A stretch of 64,000 nucleotides of DNA from Eukaryota sp. GEM-RC1 (Eukaryota). The notes under the pieces were generated by a model that ran no database searches, was not told the DNA's origin, and was given only the letters and a program-made list of their open reading frames with translations. Shown in pieces: positions 22,601 to 36,600 of the stretch. The DNA lies in NCBI GenBank assembly GCA_040285855.1, contig JAUFOQ010000004.1:2294001-2358000 (forward strand). Direction: 5' to 3'. The position numbers and the translations under genes are program-made. The stretch's first letter is position 1. Every line of letters starts with the position of its first letter.

Positions 22601-24316
22601 GAATTAAATCCTCAACATTTAAATATTTCAATTGCAATTATTTGTGTTGATCCTTTGAATTTTATTGTTGACTGTGATGGAATGTTGTCATTAACGTCAT
22701 CGACTTTTGAATTCTCAGATTTTCAATTTTTAAATAATTCGTTAATTTTCACTTTCTCGAATATGATTAATTTAGGAAAACATTCGTTTTGGATCTTTTA
22801 CAATCAAAGTCAATTTCAATGGAATGGAACTATTGTTCAAAATTTTAATGAATTATTCGAAATACGTGACCTCAGCACCGACACTTGTGATCATCAATTT
22901 ACTTTGGACAATTCTTGTACTATATTGAGTATTTTGGCTAGCTTGATAACTCAAAATCAATTTACCAATTATTCAACACCCGTCATGATTTCAGATTTAA
23001 AAGTTTTCGTTGACTCTTCTAGAAGTGTGTTGCATATTCTTGATGAAACTAGGTTGGAAATAATTGATATGCCACTTGAACCGATAGTTATTACTCTTGC
23101 CTATTTCTCTCAATCAACAACCCTGAATCTAGTCACAAATGATTGTCATCTTCCTAAATTGAATTCGGGACATGGATGTTTATGTCCAAAAGGAATGGAA
23201 TTTAATTTTGTTGGTGAATGTGTTGAATGTCCTTTAAATTATTATTCAAATTTAGAATATAATTCAGAATGTAGATCTTGTCATTTTCCTAGAATTACTC
23301 TTCAAAAAGGTTCTAGTAATCTTGACCATTGTGTTTGTCCTTTAAACACTCTAGATTCTGTTGATTCTTGTTTACCTTGTCCTCATTTAGCTGAATGTGG
23401 ATATGGAAATTTGACTGGAATTCAACCTGGTTTTAGATTAAATACTGATACTTGGGAACTAGATGAATGTGTTTTTTGGTTCAATTGTCCAGAAAATTCT
23501 TGCAGATCACGTCATGCTTATGGAGATTTGTGTCAATACTGTACTGAAGATGCTGTTTTCAGTAGAATTTACTGTATTGGGAAAGAGCATTTATTGATCA
23601 AGATTCTATTCTTGGTACTTTTTGTTTTACTGTTATTTGTTACAGACAGATTTTCAATGGAATATCTTCAATCAGAAGTAATATCTCAAGCTTTACGGTT
23701 GTCCACGTCATCTCTGTCGTCCTTCCATTCAACACAAATTTTGAAGCAGTATTCAAATTATTCAAATATTTTGAATATTTTTTTGTTTTCAGTTTCAGTT
23801 TCAGTTTACAAAAGAGTATCTGCAAGTCTAGTTTTTGTTGATTATATTTCATCCCTGTTTTATTTCGACAATTCAATGTTAGTTTTATTATTATGTCTTT
23901 GTTGTCTGTCTCTTGCCTCAAGATTTTGCTTGAACAATTATTTCAAATTCCAAACATTCAATATTTTTCATAGTGCCTTCTTCACTGGAGCTGCTTTAAG
24001 TTCTCTTAATAATGTTTTTGGATTCTTATTGACTCATTTTTACATTCAAAAACAACCCTTTTTATCATTTGTTTTTGCTTTTATTCACTTATTATTTATA
24101 GTTTTTGTTTTATTTATTCAACGAACTCAGCCTTATTTATTTACTCTTTTGGGTTATTTTGTTATTTTGTTTTCCGAATTCTTTCCTAGTTTGGTCTATT
24201 TAATTATTCAAACTATTGTTTTAGTTTGTTTTTACTGTATTTCTACTTCTTTTGAACGAATTGCTCTTGGAATAACTTCTTTAGTTTCTGTTTATTGTAT
24301 TTTTGAGTTATTTTAA
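16603..24316 (+). pseudogene. Giant surface-protein family copy 1: 5'-truncated, with in-frame stops and frameshifts
   Basis: Consecutive ORFs 16603..18246, 18252..19025, 19041..19763, 19798..20865, 20838..22076 and 22400..24316 are collinear with copy 2. It lacks the signal peptide and LamG domains (starts at the post-LamG G.G.LSL.NS motif). It has TAA at 19023-19025 where copy 2 has TTA, and TAG at 22074-22076 where copy 2 has CAG. Confidence 0.8.
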
Positions 24317-25051
24317 GTGGAACATCTATGTTCTTGTTCTGATTTACTTGTACTTGGTTGTTTAGATCATAAGGAGATAGTTATCATGATCTCACTTATT
24401 TCTACATACACATAAATTCATTCATTAAATTCAGTAGTACTAGTAAGAATCAACAATGAACATGCACCACAGTGAACACAGTGGAACACTTTTTATTAGT
24501 TTAGTTTTTATTTATTTATTTAGGGAGACAAATCCTCAACAACAGACAACACTATGTAATTAAAAACCAAAAAATTAATAAATGTTCCTATATCACTACT
24601 ATCTCGAAATCAGCATTAGGTACAGGTGCAAGACATTTGTTGCGAGAACTGGCCCATGAATTTTGTGTGAACCAGACGAGATCAGAATGACAGTAAAGAA
24701 TTTTGGGTTCATCTTGTAATGATAAAACAGAGCCTATTGTTGTAATCACTTTTTAATCGAAACTTTGTTATTCAGAAACTGATACTCATCTACTTCGTTT
24801 TCTACCTCGGGTTCTTATTATAACTTCTGTAGGAGCTGTAACAAAATTGATACTGACTTTCTTTTTGTTGTCAGTGGAACTTGCCGCCTTGAATATGCAC
24901 AATTGCTTAGATCCACACATTGGGTGGTTTCTTAATCTAAATGACAGACAAATCTGCTTTCATTGGTGATAGTGGTGGTTTTCAATTTTTTCTGTAGAAG
25001 ATACCCTAGTCCAGAGAATCTTGTTGTTTCTAGATGTAGATTTTTCTTGGA

Positions 25052-25145
25052 GTTAAGTGGCCCAATGATGTAGGTCCTGGGATATTAATTGAACAACAAC
25101 ATGATAAGGATAACTTGGAGTTCTTAAAAAATCGAGAACCAAACA
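25052..25145 (+). pseudogene. Isolated C-terminal fragment of the kinase-like family (mirrored at ~31380-31473)
   Basis: Encodes VKWPNDVGPGILIEQQHDKDNLEFLK, close to VKWPNGVEPCVLIEQQHDKDNLEFLR at ~26713-26790. Confidence 0.75.
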
Positions 25146-25174
25146 TATTTGTAGTAGTCCCGGAACACATGAAG

Positions 25175-25800
25175 TCGTATTTCATGTTCTGCCATTCTCG
25201 GATAGCATGTCTGTTGATATACTAGTAGCAAATACAAAGATATATAGACGTGTCAAATAAAAATTTTAAATATGCTTTTGAAGGCGTATGAAATTTTCTA
25301 TTCACAAATCTGTTTTCCAATTGTTCGATGAGGATTAACAATTAGAGAGATGGTTAAATTTAAATCTACATCCTACACGACAATTGAGGATATCTATATT
25401 CAAGTCGCCGTAATGCTCCGTTTAGATTCGTCAGTAATTGTTTCCGGCATCCATTAAATCATAATGTTCTTCTCAGTGTTGTCAGAGATGTTACATTTGA
25501 AATTGTTAATGCTCAAGGATTTCGTGCCTAACTTGATCCCATATTGAGTAAGTGCAATTGAATATTAAATGACAATTCTCGTTGAGGTGATTTAGATGGT
25601 CCCTTATTGACTAAAGTCGAATTATCCTTGATGTTACAACATTAGATCCATGAGCTCAAACATATGTTAACAGCACAACTTCAAAAATTATATCCACTTT
25701 CGAAACAGCCGCAAAACGTAAAATAGATTGTATTCCAATGACGTTACATGTACTTTACTCCATCAAAACTAATATTCACAATTTGCACTTGTACAATTGA
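25175..25800 (+). mobile_element. Degenerate RLE non-LTR fragment (third family); diverged copy at ~62605-63750, inverted copy at ~30725-31350
   Basis: Broken frames give SVVRDVTFEIVNAQGF..DP..SR*GDL..RIILDVTTLDP (RLE motifs). DNA similarity to 62605-63750 is clear by eye. Confidence 0.65.
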
Positions 25801-25872
25801 CTATTTCTGTCAACATTAACCTTCACTAAAGCTTGTACAGTTTCTCAACTAATCGAGCTACGGTCAGCTCAT

Positions 25873-26838
25873 TTGAACGTTGATTTTAGAGGTTCAATGA
25901 TGTCTATTAGTGCAGTTTCTGTTCAAACTGGCAAACTTGTAGTTCAAACTTTGCTTAACCTTGAACTGATGACGCTTGTGATTCATGCTTATGAGAAGGT
26001 TTGCCTTGATATAATGAAAGTTCTTCCAGCTTTGCAGAAGTTTGTTCAAGATGTTGTCAATTTTGAACCGGTACCTGAATCCAATCCAGAACTTCCTTGT
26101 CATTGTATATCTCGATCAAATATGGTTCCATATCCAACTGAATGTCAAAGTATTGGCGACGACACAGAAGGTGCCATTGATTTTAAAATTTATGGAAAAA
26201 TTAAGAGAATTGCTTATTGGGGTGTACTGACAGATTCAAAAGGTAGTGTTGACGTTTCTAAAGAGGTGGTTGTTTTGTTCACTCCTCGATATTGTTTTGA
26301 GGCTCATTATTATCTATCTAACTTACTTCAAGAAGACTCTGGCGAACCTTTTGCTCCTAAACTTCTTGGAGGACAAAAACTTGGAGAATACTTTATGGTA
26401 GTTATGGAGCGGTTTTCTAAAAAATTTCTTTCCATAGCGAACACATGCAAAGCTGTGTCAGATTCAGTTTATTCATCGTTGGAGAGTTGTTTACACAAAT
26501 TTCATCAACAAAATTTGGTTCACGGCGATTTTGGTGGTACCAACTTATTTAAACATGCCCTTAATCAATCAGTCAAAATCATTGACTTTGAGTGGAGTGG
26601 AGTTGTTGGTCCATTATCACCAGAGTTACAGACTTTCAGTGAGAAACTTCCTCTAGGCTTAGCTTGGCCTGATAATAATCGCTCCAGATATCCAGTGAGT
26701 TTAAATCAAGACGTTAAGTGGCCCAATGGTGTAGAACCTTGTGTCTTAATTGAACAACAACATGATAAGGATAACTTAGAATTTCTGAGAGATCCACTAC
26801 CGGAAATATTTGGAACTCCTTCTAAAAAGCGACCCTAA
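25873..26838 (+). pseudogene. Protein-kinase-like domain of the fungal/Crinkler-associated type, probably 5'-truncated
   Basis: FAPKLLG, FMVVME, LVHGDFGGTN (catalytic loop), KIIDFEWSG, and RYPVSLN.DVKWP.GV.P..LI...HD C-terminal motif. The ORF begins right after a retroelement scrap with no convincing start. Confidence 0.65.
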
Positions 26839-26989
26839 TAATCTTCTTTAATTTTCTTATATTCTTTCATTTCGACAAGAGTGATTTCAACCTTCTCTTT
26901 CCTAGTTGACATTTATAAATCAATTTATATAATATTCTTTAAAATTTAGGTTAATTTAGAGCCATTCTTTAATAAACTTTTTAAAGAAA

Positions 26990-27825
26990 CACCCTGAGAT
27001 GGATTTGTGTGCCTATGACCTATGCAGATGATTCTTCATTGATTGTACCTGAGTGTGATTTACAATCGAGTCTTGACAATTTTGTTGAGCCTTGAAAATC
27101 TATCGGTTTGAAGATAAATTGAATATGTGTTTCTTGATTGGAAAACAAAATGCTAAAATTACATATTGTAATGAAGTACAGTTTACCAGCTATTCTGTTG
27201 AGTCTATCAGATTTTTGGGTCCCTACTTTGGAAATCGGAGGTAAAATTTGAAATACTATATATAATTCTTTGCATAAGATTAAATCCCAGTTACAATCAA
27301 TTCAAGCCTTAAAAATTGAAAATCATTTCGCTTTTTTCATTGCTTTCAGTTTGTTGTTGTTCAAAGAAATTCATTCAACAACACTTCCTTATCAGGCATT
27401 CTTTTCTGCCTCATTTACTAGATTTTCTGGAGCTGAATATCTGTGTCAAAGCGTATATCTTGGTGGTTTGAAAAATTTTCTTTTGAATTCTGTTTGAGAT
27501 TTTGTGTTTTCCTCAGTAATCTCACATGTGGTTACGACCTCTTGATGGTATCATTCAAGACCTATCTGCTGACATTTGTTTTCAAAAGTCAATCTCTTCT
27601 ATTCCTGATAGTTCAATTGAGGTTCTTCATTTATCTGTTGTGGAATTGCAAAATTGTGTTTTACACGAATTAGAAAACTTACAATTTTCTAAACGTCTTA
27701 TTGATACTAGAGTAAATGATCCTGTCTTTGCTGCTTTTCTTTTGGCTTTGAAAAATGTTCATCATTTATTTCTCAACAGCCTGGACCTTATGGTCTTCAT
27801 CTCAGTAGTGGACTTGGACATTTAA
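26990..27825 (+). mobile_element. Degenerate non-LTR reverse-transcriptase fragment
   Basis: YADD at 27021-27032, followed by GLKIN and IRFLG motifs in broken frames; downstream DPVFAAFLLAL segment. Confidence 0.65.
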
Positions 27826-27859
27826 CATGTGCCTTTACTTAGGTCTGTTTCCATCTGAA

Positions 27860-28345
27860 TTGTTAGAAATAAAACGGGGTTTATGATCATTCAGTGACAA
27901 AAACGCATTTACAGAAGTTAATTAACACACATTAACTAAAGCATTTAAACTATGGTCCTTCTGTCCATCACCGAACAACTTACCTAAAACTGAATTCAAA
28001 TAACTGTGCATTGAACGAAACAACGCAAAATGTGAATTATTCAACCAAAAATTGTCATTGAACACTTTACCGTATTCAGAACACAATTTACCAAAGGAAG
28101 TTATAAAACCTTGTGCAGCTGGTCTAACATTACCGTATATCGACATCGCAAACGGTTGAAACACAAAAGAATTATACATGTCAACATTCAATTGGTTAAC
28201 CTAGGACAAATTGTACGTGGTGTATGTGCAGTAGCAAGTCGATTAATTCAACAGTGTCATAATTTCAATTGGAGAAATGTATATTTTCTTAAGAATTACA
28301 GTGATAGAAGTAATGCCAGTTCTCGAAGGTGTGATCTCATCGTTC
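27860..28345 (-). mobile_element. RLE non-LTR 3' fragment with 3' UTR
   Basis: FVFQPFAMSIYGNV...FWLNNSHFALFRS is homologous to the other RLE tails. The downstream motif TGATCATAAACCCCGTTTT recurs at ~44347 and partly at ~60941. Confidence 0.65.
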
Positions 28346-29168
28346 CATATCTTTATATCAAGCAGTGATAGATCCATGTGTAAAAGTGCATTTGAATTCT
28401 GTTTCAAGTGATACTGAAAGACACACTGTAGTAGCCCAGACATGTGTGATGCCAGATAGAAAGAAGTGCAGTAGCTAGGCTTTAATTAACCAACAAAATG
28501 ATGAAGTAAACTGCAAATACCATAGAAAACACGTGTATCTGGCAACAAGTGTTCGAAATTTTCTACTCGTTTTTAAAATGATTGTGTTGGGTGTTTTTGC
28601 GTTATTTTTTTAAATAAAGTTTCTTATCGACACTACAGGTGACGATTTAATAAACATTGATTTGGGCCAATGTTTGATTATATCTGACATTCTTGCCTTT
28701 ATCTGACATCTCATAAGTAGATCTTCTATTATGTGGTTCAAATGAGATGAATTTTTGATTGATAGCACAAAGTGTCGGTATTATGTCCACTGTTTTGGAT
28801 TCTGTAGTCTATTATGGTATAACGTATAGAAAGGCAGTCAAGTCAAACAATATTAAAGAAAATACAATGGGACTTCCAAAGTGATCTAGGTATTTCTTTT
28901 TTGAAAAAAGACACGTAGACACGTGATGACGTTTTGCGTGTTTCGTGTCCGTGTCCACTATGTGTCTTCGAACACGGCACAGTCTTCTCCATAGTGTAGA
29001 GTATCTTCATTATAATCACATCACTTTGTGGTTCCGTTTCTAAAAAAGCCGAAATCATAATTAACAAAATTGTTCTCGGTATATAACATCCTATTATAGT
29101 GGTAATAGTCAATCTTTATTAATAACATGTAAGAGTATATTTACAACAATTAACTAATACATACTAAT

Positions 29169-29870
29169 TCAGAAAATGAAAGAAGTTAAATTCTCCACAT
29201 CAACACGAGAACTGTCCCTGTGCAACTTCGAATAAATGGAACATAAATATTTGGGAATGCTTCTATAAAGAGCGAACATAATTCGATTAATCCATACAGC
29301 GCTATTAAACACCTTGCCATTAGAACGAAATATAAGACTAAAATCACTGAAAAACTTAAAACCGGTTGGACCAATATTACCAAAAATTGAAATCGCAAAT
29401 GGAACAAATGAAAACTCAGAATATTGATTTTCATTAAGCTTCTGCAAAGCATCCGCAAAATTTGAACACTTTCGCTGTTCAGCCTTTTCCAGATGACCAT
29501 TCGAATCATTCAATATGGAGTCTTGGTAGACTTTTGCAAACGGGTCAACTGTAGTAAAATCAACCACAATTTGAGACGAATCCAGGAAAGGAGCAATTAA
29601 GTCACCACGCCGAGAATCAAACACGTTATTGTCACTAATGTTTCAGAAGAGGTTCAATTTTACAACTATAAATGTAGGATTTGAACATGTCATAAGTAAC
29701 GTCACGAACAGCGTTATGTAGAACAGATCGAAATTGCAAAAATTTCTTGCAACTAACAACATAACGAAATGTGGCTGTAGATCAGTTATCGCAAACACAG
29801 ATTGAATTATTTAGCAAAAAATCTTTATTAATCATATTTTAGAATGTCTCCAATCGAAATTGGACACAAG
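29169..29870 (-). mobile_element. RLE non-LTR 3' fragment (endonuclease domain)
   Basis: HNAVRDV..., SRRGDLIAP..VVDFTTVDP..EKAEQRK..FVPFAISIFG..WINRIMFALYRS: a near-complete RLE motif series. Confidence 0.8.
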
Positions 29871-30054
29871 TCTGTCCATTTTTAGGTATAAAAATCAGTA
29901 CAAAGAACACAGTCTTTTTACGATTGTGTTCCATAAAAAGAAGAATACAATAAACATATACACACTAACACCAACAATAAACTAATGACGTCTCGACCAA
30001 CTGTAGAAAAATACACCAAAAATTAAAATATTCACAAGTACAGAGTTGAAAAAC

Positions 30055-30177
30055 TCAAACAAACTCAAAAAGACAATAAACAGAAACTAAAGAAGCTATT
30101 CCAAGAGCTATGCGGGCAACAGAAGTAGAAATACAATAAAGACAAACCAAAACAGCAGTTTGCATAATAAAATAGAC
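30055..30177 (-). pseudogene. Orphan 3' end of a giant surface-protein paralogue (probable original end of copy 2)
   Basis: VYFIMQTAVLVCLYCISTSVARIALGIASLVSVYCLFEFV* vs copy 1/2 end VYLIIQTIVLVCFYCISTSFERIALGITSLVSVYCIFELF*; starts exactly at the inverted-repeat breakpoint. Confidence 0.85.
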
Positions 30178-30652
30178 GTTCGCCAGAGTCTTCTTGAAGT
30201 AAGTTAGATAGATAATAATGAGCCTCAAAACAATATCGAGGAGTGAACAAAACAACCACCTCTTTAGAAACGTCAACACTACCTTTTGAATCTGTCAGTA
30301 CACCCCAATAAGCAATTCTCTTAATTTTTCCATAAATTTTAAAATCAATGGCACCTTCTGTGTCGTTGCCAATACTTTGACATTCAGTTGGATATGGAAC
30401 CATATTTGATCGAGATATACAATGACAAGGAAGTTCTGGATTGGATTCAGGTACCGGTTCAAAATTGACAACATCTTGAACAAACTTCTGCAAAGCTGGA
30501 AGAACTTTCATTATATCAAGGCAAACCTTCTCATAAGCATGAATCACAAGCGTCATCAGTTCAAGGTTAAGCAAAGTTTGAACTACAAGTTTGCCAGTTT
30601 GAACAGAAACTGCACTAATAGACATCATTGAACCTCTAAAATCAACGTTCAA
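30178..30652 (-). pseudogene. Truncated inverted duplicate of the kinase-like ORF (N-terminal half only)
   Basis: Identical peptide to 25873-26347 except D->N; breaks off at QEDSGE before the catalytic loop. Confidence 0.85.
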
Positions 30653-33600
30653 ATGAGCTGACCGTAGCTCGATTAGTTGAGAAACTGTACAAGCTTTAGT
30701 GAAGGTTAATGTTGACAGAAATAGTCAATTGTACAAGTGCAAATTGTGAATATTAGTTTTGATGGGATAAAGTACATGTAACGTCATTGGAATACAATCT
30801 ATTTTACGTTTTGCGGCTGTTTCGAAAGTGGATATAATTTTTGAAGTTGTGCTGTTAACATATGTTTGAGCTCATGGATCTAATGTTGTAACATCAAGGA
30901 TAATTCGACTTTAGTCAATAAGGGACCATCTAAATCACCTCAACGAGAATTGTCATTTAATATTCAATTGCACTTACTCAATATGGGATCAAGTTAGGCA
31001 CGAAATCCTTGAGCATTAACAATTTCAAATGTAACATCTCTGACAACACTGAGAAGAACATTATGATTTAATGGATGCCGGAAACAATTACTGACGAATC
31101 TAAACGGAGCATTACGGCGACTTGAATATAGATATCCTCAATTGTCGTGTAGGATGTAGATTTAAATTTAACCATCTCTCTAATTGTTAATCCTCATCGA
31201 ACAATTGGAAAACAGATTTGTGAATAGAAAATTTCATACGCCTTCAAAAGCATATTTAAAATTTTTATTTGACACGTCTATATATCTTTGTATTTGCTAC
31301 TAGTATATCAACAGACATGCTATCCGAGAATGGCAGAACATGAAATACGACTTCATGTGTTCCGGGACTACTACAAATATGTTTGGTTCTCGATTTTTTA
31401 AGAACTCCAAGTTATCCTTATCATGTTGTTGTTCAATTAATATCCCAGGACCTACATCATTGGGCCACTTAACTCCAAGAAAAATCTACATCTAGAAACA
31501 ACAAGATTCTCTGGACTAGGGTATCTTCTACAGAAAAAATTGAAAACCACCACTATCACCAATGAAAGCAGATTTGTCTGTCATTTAGATTAAGAAACCA
31601 CCCAATGTGTGGATCTAAGCAATTGTGCATATTCAAGGCGGCAAGTTCCACTGACAACAAAAAGAAAGTCAGTATCAATTTTGTTACAGCTCCTACAGAA
31701 GTTATAATAAGAACCCGAGGTAGAAAACGAAGTAGATGAGTATCAGTTTCTGAATAACAAAGTTTCGATTAAAAAGTGATTACAACAATAGGCTCTGTTT
31801 TATCATTACAAGATGAACCCAAAATTCTTTACTGTCATTCTGATCTCGTCTGGTTCACACAAAATTCATGGGCCAGTTCTCGCAACAAATGTCTTGCACC
31901 TGTACCTAATGCTGATTTCGAGATAGTAGTGATATAGGAACATTTATTAATTTTTTGGTTTTTAATTACATAGTGTTGTCTGTTGTTGAGGATTTGTCTC
32001 CCTAAATAAATAAATAAAAACTAAACTAATAAAAAGTGTTCCACTGTGTTCACTGTGGTGCATGTTCATTGTTGATTCTTACTAGTACTACTGAATTTAA
32101 TGAATGAATTTATGTGTATGTAGAAATAAGTGAGATCATGATAACTATCTCCTTATGATCTAAACAACCAAGTACAAGTAAATCAGAACAAGAACATAGA
32201 TGTTCCACTTAAAATAACTCAAAAATACAATAAACAGAAACTAAAGAAGTTATTCCAAGAGCAATTCGTTCAAAAGAAGTAGAAATACAGTAAAAACAAA
32301 CTAAAACAATAGTTTGAATAATTAAATAGACCAAACTAGGAAAGAATTCGGAAAACAAAATAACAAAATAACCCAAAAGAGTAAATAAATAAGGCTGAGT
32401 TCGTTGAATAAATAAAACAAAAACTATAAATAATAAGTGAATAAAAGCAAAAACAAATGATAAAAAGGGTTGTTTTTGAATGTAAAAATGAGTCAATAAG
32501 AATCCAAAAACATTATTAAGAGAACTTAAAGCAGCTCCAGTGAAGAAGGCACTATGAAAAATATTGAATGTTTGGAATTTGAAATAATTGTTCAAGCAAA
32601 ATCTTGAGGCAGGAGACAGACAACAAAGACATAATAATAAAACTAACATTGAATTGTCGAAATAAAACAGGGATGAAATATACTCAACAAAAACTAGACT
32701 TGCAGATACTCTTTTGTAAACTGAAACTGAAACTGAAAACAAAAAATATTCAAAATATTTGAATAATTTGAATACTGCTTCAAAATTTGTGTTGAATGAA
32801 AGGACGACAGAGATGACGTGGACAACCGTAAAGCTTGAGATATTACTTCTGATTGAAGATATTCCATTGAAAATCTGTCTGTAACAAATAACAGTAAAAC
32901 AAAAAGTACCAAGAATAGAATCTTGATCAATAAATGCTCTTTCCCAATACAGTAAATTCTACTGAAAACAGCATCTTCAGTACAGTATTGACACAAATCT
33001 CCATAAGCATGACGTGATCTGCAAGAATTTTCTGGACAATTGAACCAAAAAACACATTCATCTAGTTCCCAAGTATCAGTATTTAATCTAAAACCAGGTT
33101 GAATTCCAGTCAAATTTCCATATCCACATTCAGCTAAATGAGGACAAAGTAAACAAGAATCTACAGAATCTAGAGTGTTTAAAGGACAAACACAATGGTC
33201 AAGATCACTAGAACCTTTTTGAAGAGTAACTCTAGGAAAAGGACAAGATCTACATTCTGAATTAAATTGTGAATTTGAATAATAATTCAATGGGCATTCA
33301 ACACATTCACCAAGAAAATTAAATTTCATTCCTTTTGGACATAAACATCCATGTCCAGAATTCAATTTAGGAAGATGACAATCATTTGTGATTAGATTCA
33401 TGGTTATTGACTGAGAGAAATAGGAAACAGTAATAACTATTGGTTCGAGTGGCGGTCCAATTATTTCCAACCTAGTTTTATCAAGAATATGCAACATCGT
33501 TGTAGAAGAGTCAACGAAAATATTTAAATCTGAAATCATGACGTTTTTTGGAAGTATTCATAAAGGGATTTTGAGTTACCAAGCGAGCAGAAATGTTCAA

Positions 33601-36600
33601 AATAGTACAAGCATTGTCCAAAGTAAATTGATGATCACAACTATTAATATTAAAGTCACTTATTTCGAATATTTGACTAAAACTTTGAACAATAGTTCCA
33701 TTCCATTGAAATTGACTTTGATTATAAGAGATCCAGAACGAATGTTTTCCTAGATTAATCATATTCGAGAAAGTGAAAATTAATGAATTATTAAAAAATT
33801 GAAAACGTGAGAATTCAAAAGTCGAAGACGCTACTGACAACATTCCATCACAGTCAACAATAAAATTCAAAGGATCAACGCAAATAATTGCAATTGAAAT
33901 ATTTAAATGTTGAGGATTTAATTCGACTACTTCAGCTTCAAAAATTACAAATGATGCTGATGAAGCAGTCAAAACAGTTGGATAACTAACAGTAGAATAA
34001 TAGCAATTATGAGAATACAACTCAGTGGGAAACGTTAGAAATGACGATGACCAGAAAGTTGAATTGTCAACCACGACTTGTTTGAATTCTGAAATTGAAT
34101 AAAATGATTGAGAATTATATCTCAAGTGAACATCTTCATCAATTACATCACCTAATGAAGTAACACCTTTTCCAAAAGAGAAAGGTTTAAAACAAGTGTT
34201 GGATTGGTAACCATAAAACTCTATTTCTAATAAATAAAGATCTTCTAGAGCAATTAGAGTAATCTCAGAAGTTTTTGGTAATACTAGATCTATTTCACAC
34301 ATTGATGCAAATGAATAACCACTAGGAATTTGTTTACAAGAAATGAATGAGGAAAGAGTTTGATTGTTGACTATCAATTTAAAAGGAATGTCAGAGTCAA
34401 TACCTTCACAACTAGAATTTGTCGTAATTATAACGTGATGAATATCGAACTGTGATTGAAAAACGAACAAAACTGTTTCAGTTTTCGAGAGTAATTCTGC
34501 ACAATGAGACACATCAACAGTACAGCACCTTGATCCATCAAATATTAAATTTGTATCAATATTTGAAATAATTTCTGAAGAATTTATCAAAGGATGATGT
34601 AAAATTGAAATAAAGCAAATCTCCTCCAAAAAGGCTTCCCCAGAAATTTCAAAAGAATTCAACAGAAATTTGCCAAAGTATACGTCAACACACACGTGTT
34701 GTAGAAAAGTAGGGATTCTGACATTCTTACAAACCAAGTAATTATCAAAAACTTGACCGAAGAAGTCTTGATCTTCAATAAAACAAGTCAAATTTGACGT
34801 AAGATTTCCTTGGAAGTCAACAGAAATATCACGATGTTTAAAAACACTAACGTGATCGTTACTGCTGAATTCCAAATTGAAAAAATTAATATGACTAATA
34901 AAATGTTTCTTAAAACCATCTTGATACCAAAACAGATTTTGAATATATTCACCTTCAAAAACTGGCAAAGAAGTAAGATTTAGTTCAAATCTGTAAACAA
35001 AGAAGGAATCAGAACTGGAGATGAGCTCAACATTAGAAGGATCAATTATCGAATTATCAATGAAAAATGTAGAATTTAAGTCAAAATGTGAGTAAGTCTG
35101 AATGACAGTGTAAGAGTTATCAGACGATGTCACAACATTTGGACTAACAAGTTCAAATTTTGGAGGATTTTCGACTATAATTGGGATTTGATAATTGAAA
35201 TTTGAATTGTAATAATAAGCGAATACCTCAAGATTAATAATTCCTAGCTCAATTCCAGTAAAAGAAACCATTAAAGTTGAATTCTGAGTAAAATCTAAGG
35301 ACAAATCACAATCACCAGAACAACTGATATCAAAATCATAATGAAATTGATTAAGATCAATTAAAATAGATTGAGGGTAATTCACCTCAATTACTTCAGG
35401 AATTTTTGAATCAAACAAAGAAGTAACAAAGCTAACGTTCATTGACTGAGAGAATCTGTGAAGAGTGATAAATGTAGAAGAATCTCTCAAATTTAAAATA
35501 TTGATCCCATGATTAACTGAAATCGTTTGATTTGCATGAGTTATGAAGAGATCAGAAACTCTTTCAGTTAGAATAAATTCAATTCATGAATAAAAACTGA
35601 CTTTTGGAGGAAAAATTAAATAATTCTGGATTTCAACTGATAGACCAAAAGAAACAGAATCTAAAAAAGACGATCCAATTAAAGTACAATTTCCCAATCC
35701 AGTTATTTCAATTTCAAAAACAAGAAAAGAATCATCCAAATCCAATAGCAATGATTGACAATTATCAAAATAGAAACTGTTTTCAATAACGGAATAGCTA
35801 TAAAATGAAATTGCATCAACTTCAACAACAACTTCAGCAGTAATAGACTCATTTAGCCACTGGAAATACTTTGGAGTAATAGCAGAGGGTCTAGAAACAA
35901 ACGGTAAATTAAATATAGAATAACAACCAAATCTACCACATATTTGCAAATCATTTGGAACTCCAGAAACAAAAGACACAATTGAAATAGCAGCAGAGTA
36001 GATAGTGGATTGAAAATTTAAAATATGAATGATTTTAGGATCAACTGGTGGAAGGAAAGTGTCAACAAACGTAAAGTCTGGCAGATAACTGTATACTTCA
36101 ATTTCACAAGGAATACCTACAAAGCAAACAAAGGCAGTGTTGTTGGCAACAAATGACGTCACCGGTATAGACATTAATATTTTAAGATCATGTAAGTACT
36201 GAACCAAGATTACAAACTCAGTTAATCCGTATAATTCGCCAGTAGTGACAGCAATTTCATTTCTACCAAAAATGTGAAATGTGACATTTCCAACAGAAAA
36301 ATCAACAGTTGAATTGGGAAGACAATTAAACATTTTTGCAAAATTTGAACCACGGAGAAGAATTGTTTCACCAGAAGGGGAAAGAGGAACAGGTTGATGA
36401 CTGACTATTGGTGGACCAAAATTAAGTTGATATAGATTACTAGTTTGATTTCCAATTATTAACAAAATTTCAAATTGAGTGGAAGTGATATTACATATAT
36501 AGGGGATATGCATAATTATTTCATCGTGTGAATAAATGGAAACATCTGCTTGAGGAAATTCTGAAACAATAGAAAAGAATTCAAAATTGGTGGAAAAATC

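Larger units (their letters stand above)
17797..26347 (+). repeat. Left arm of 8.55-kb inverted repeat (right arm 30178-38728)
   Basis: Homologous positions sum to 56525 (17797/38728, 18246/38279, 24316/32209, 25873/30652, 26347/30178). Ends are near-identical and the middle is diverged. Confidence 0.9.
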
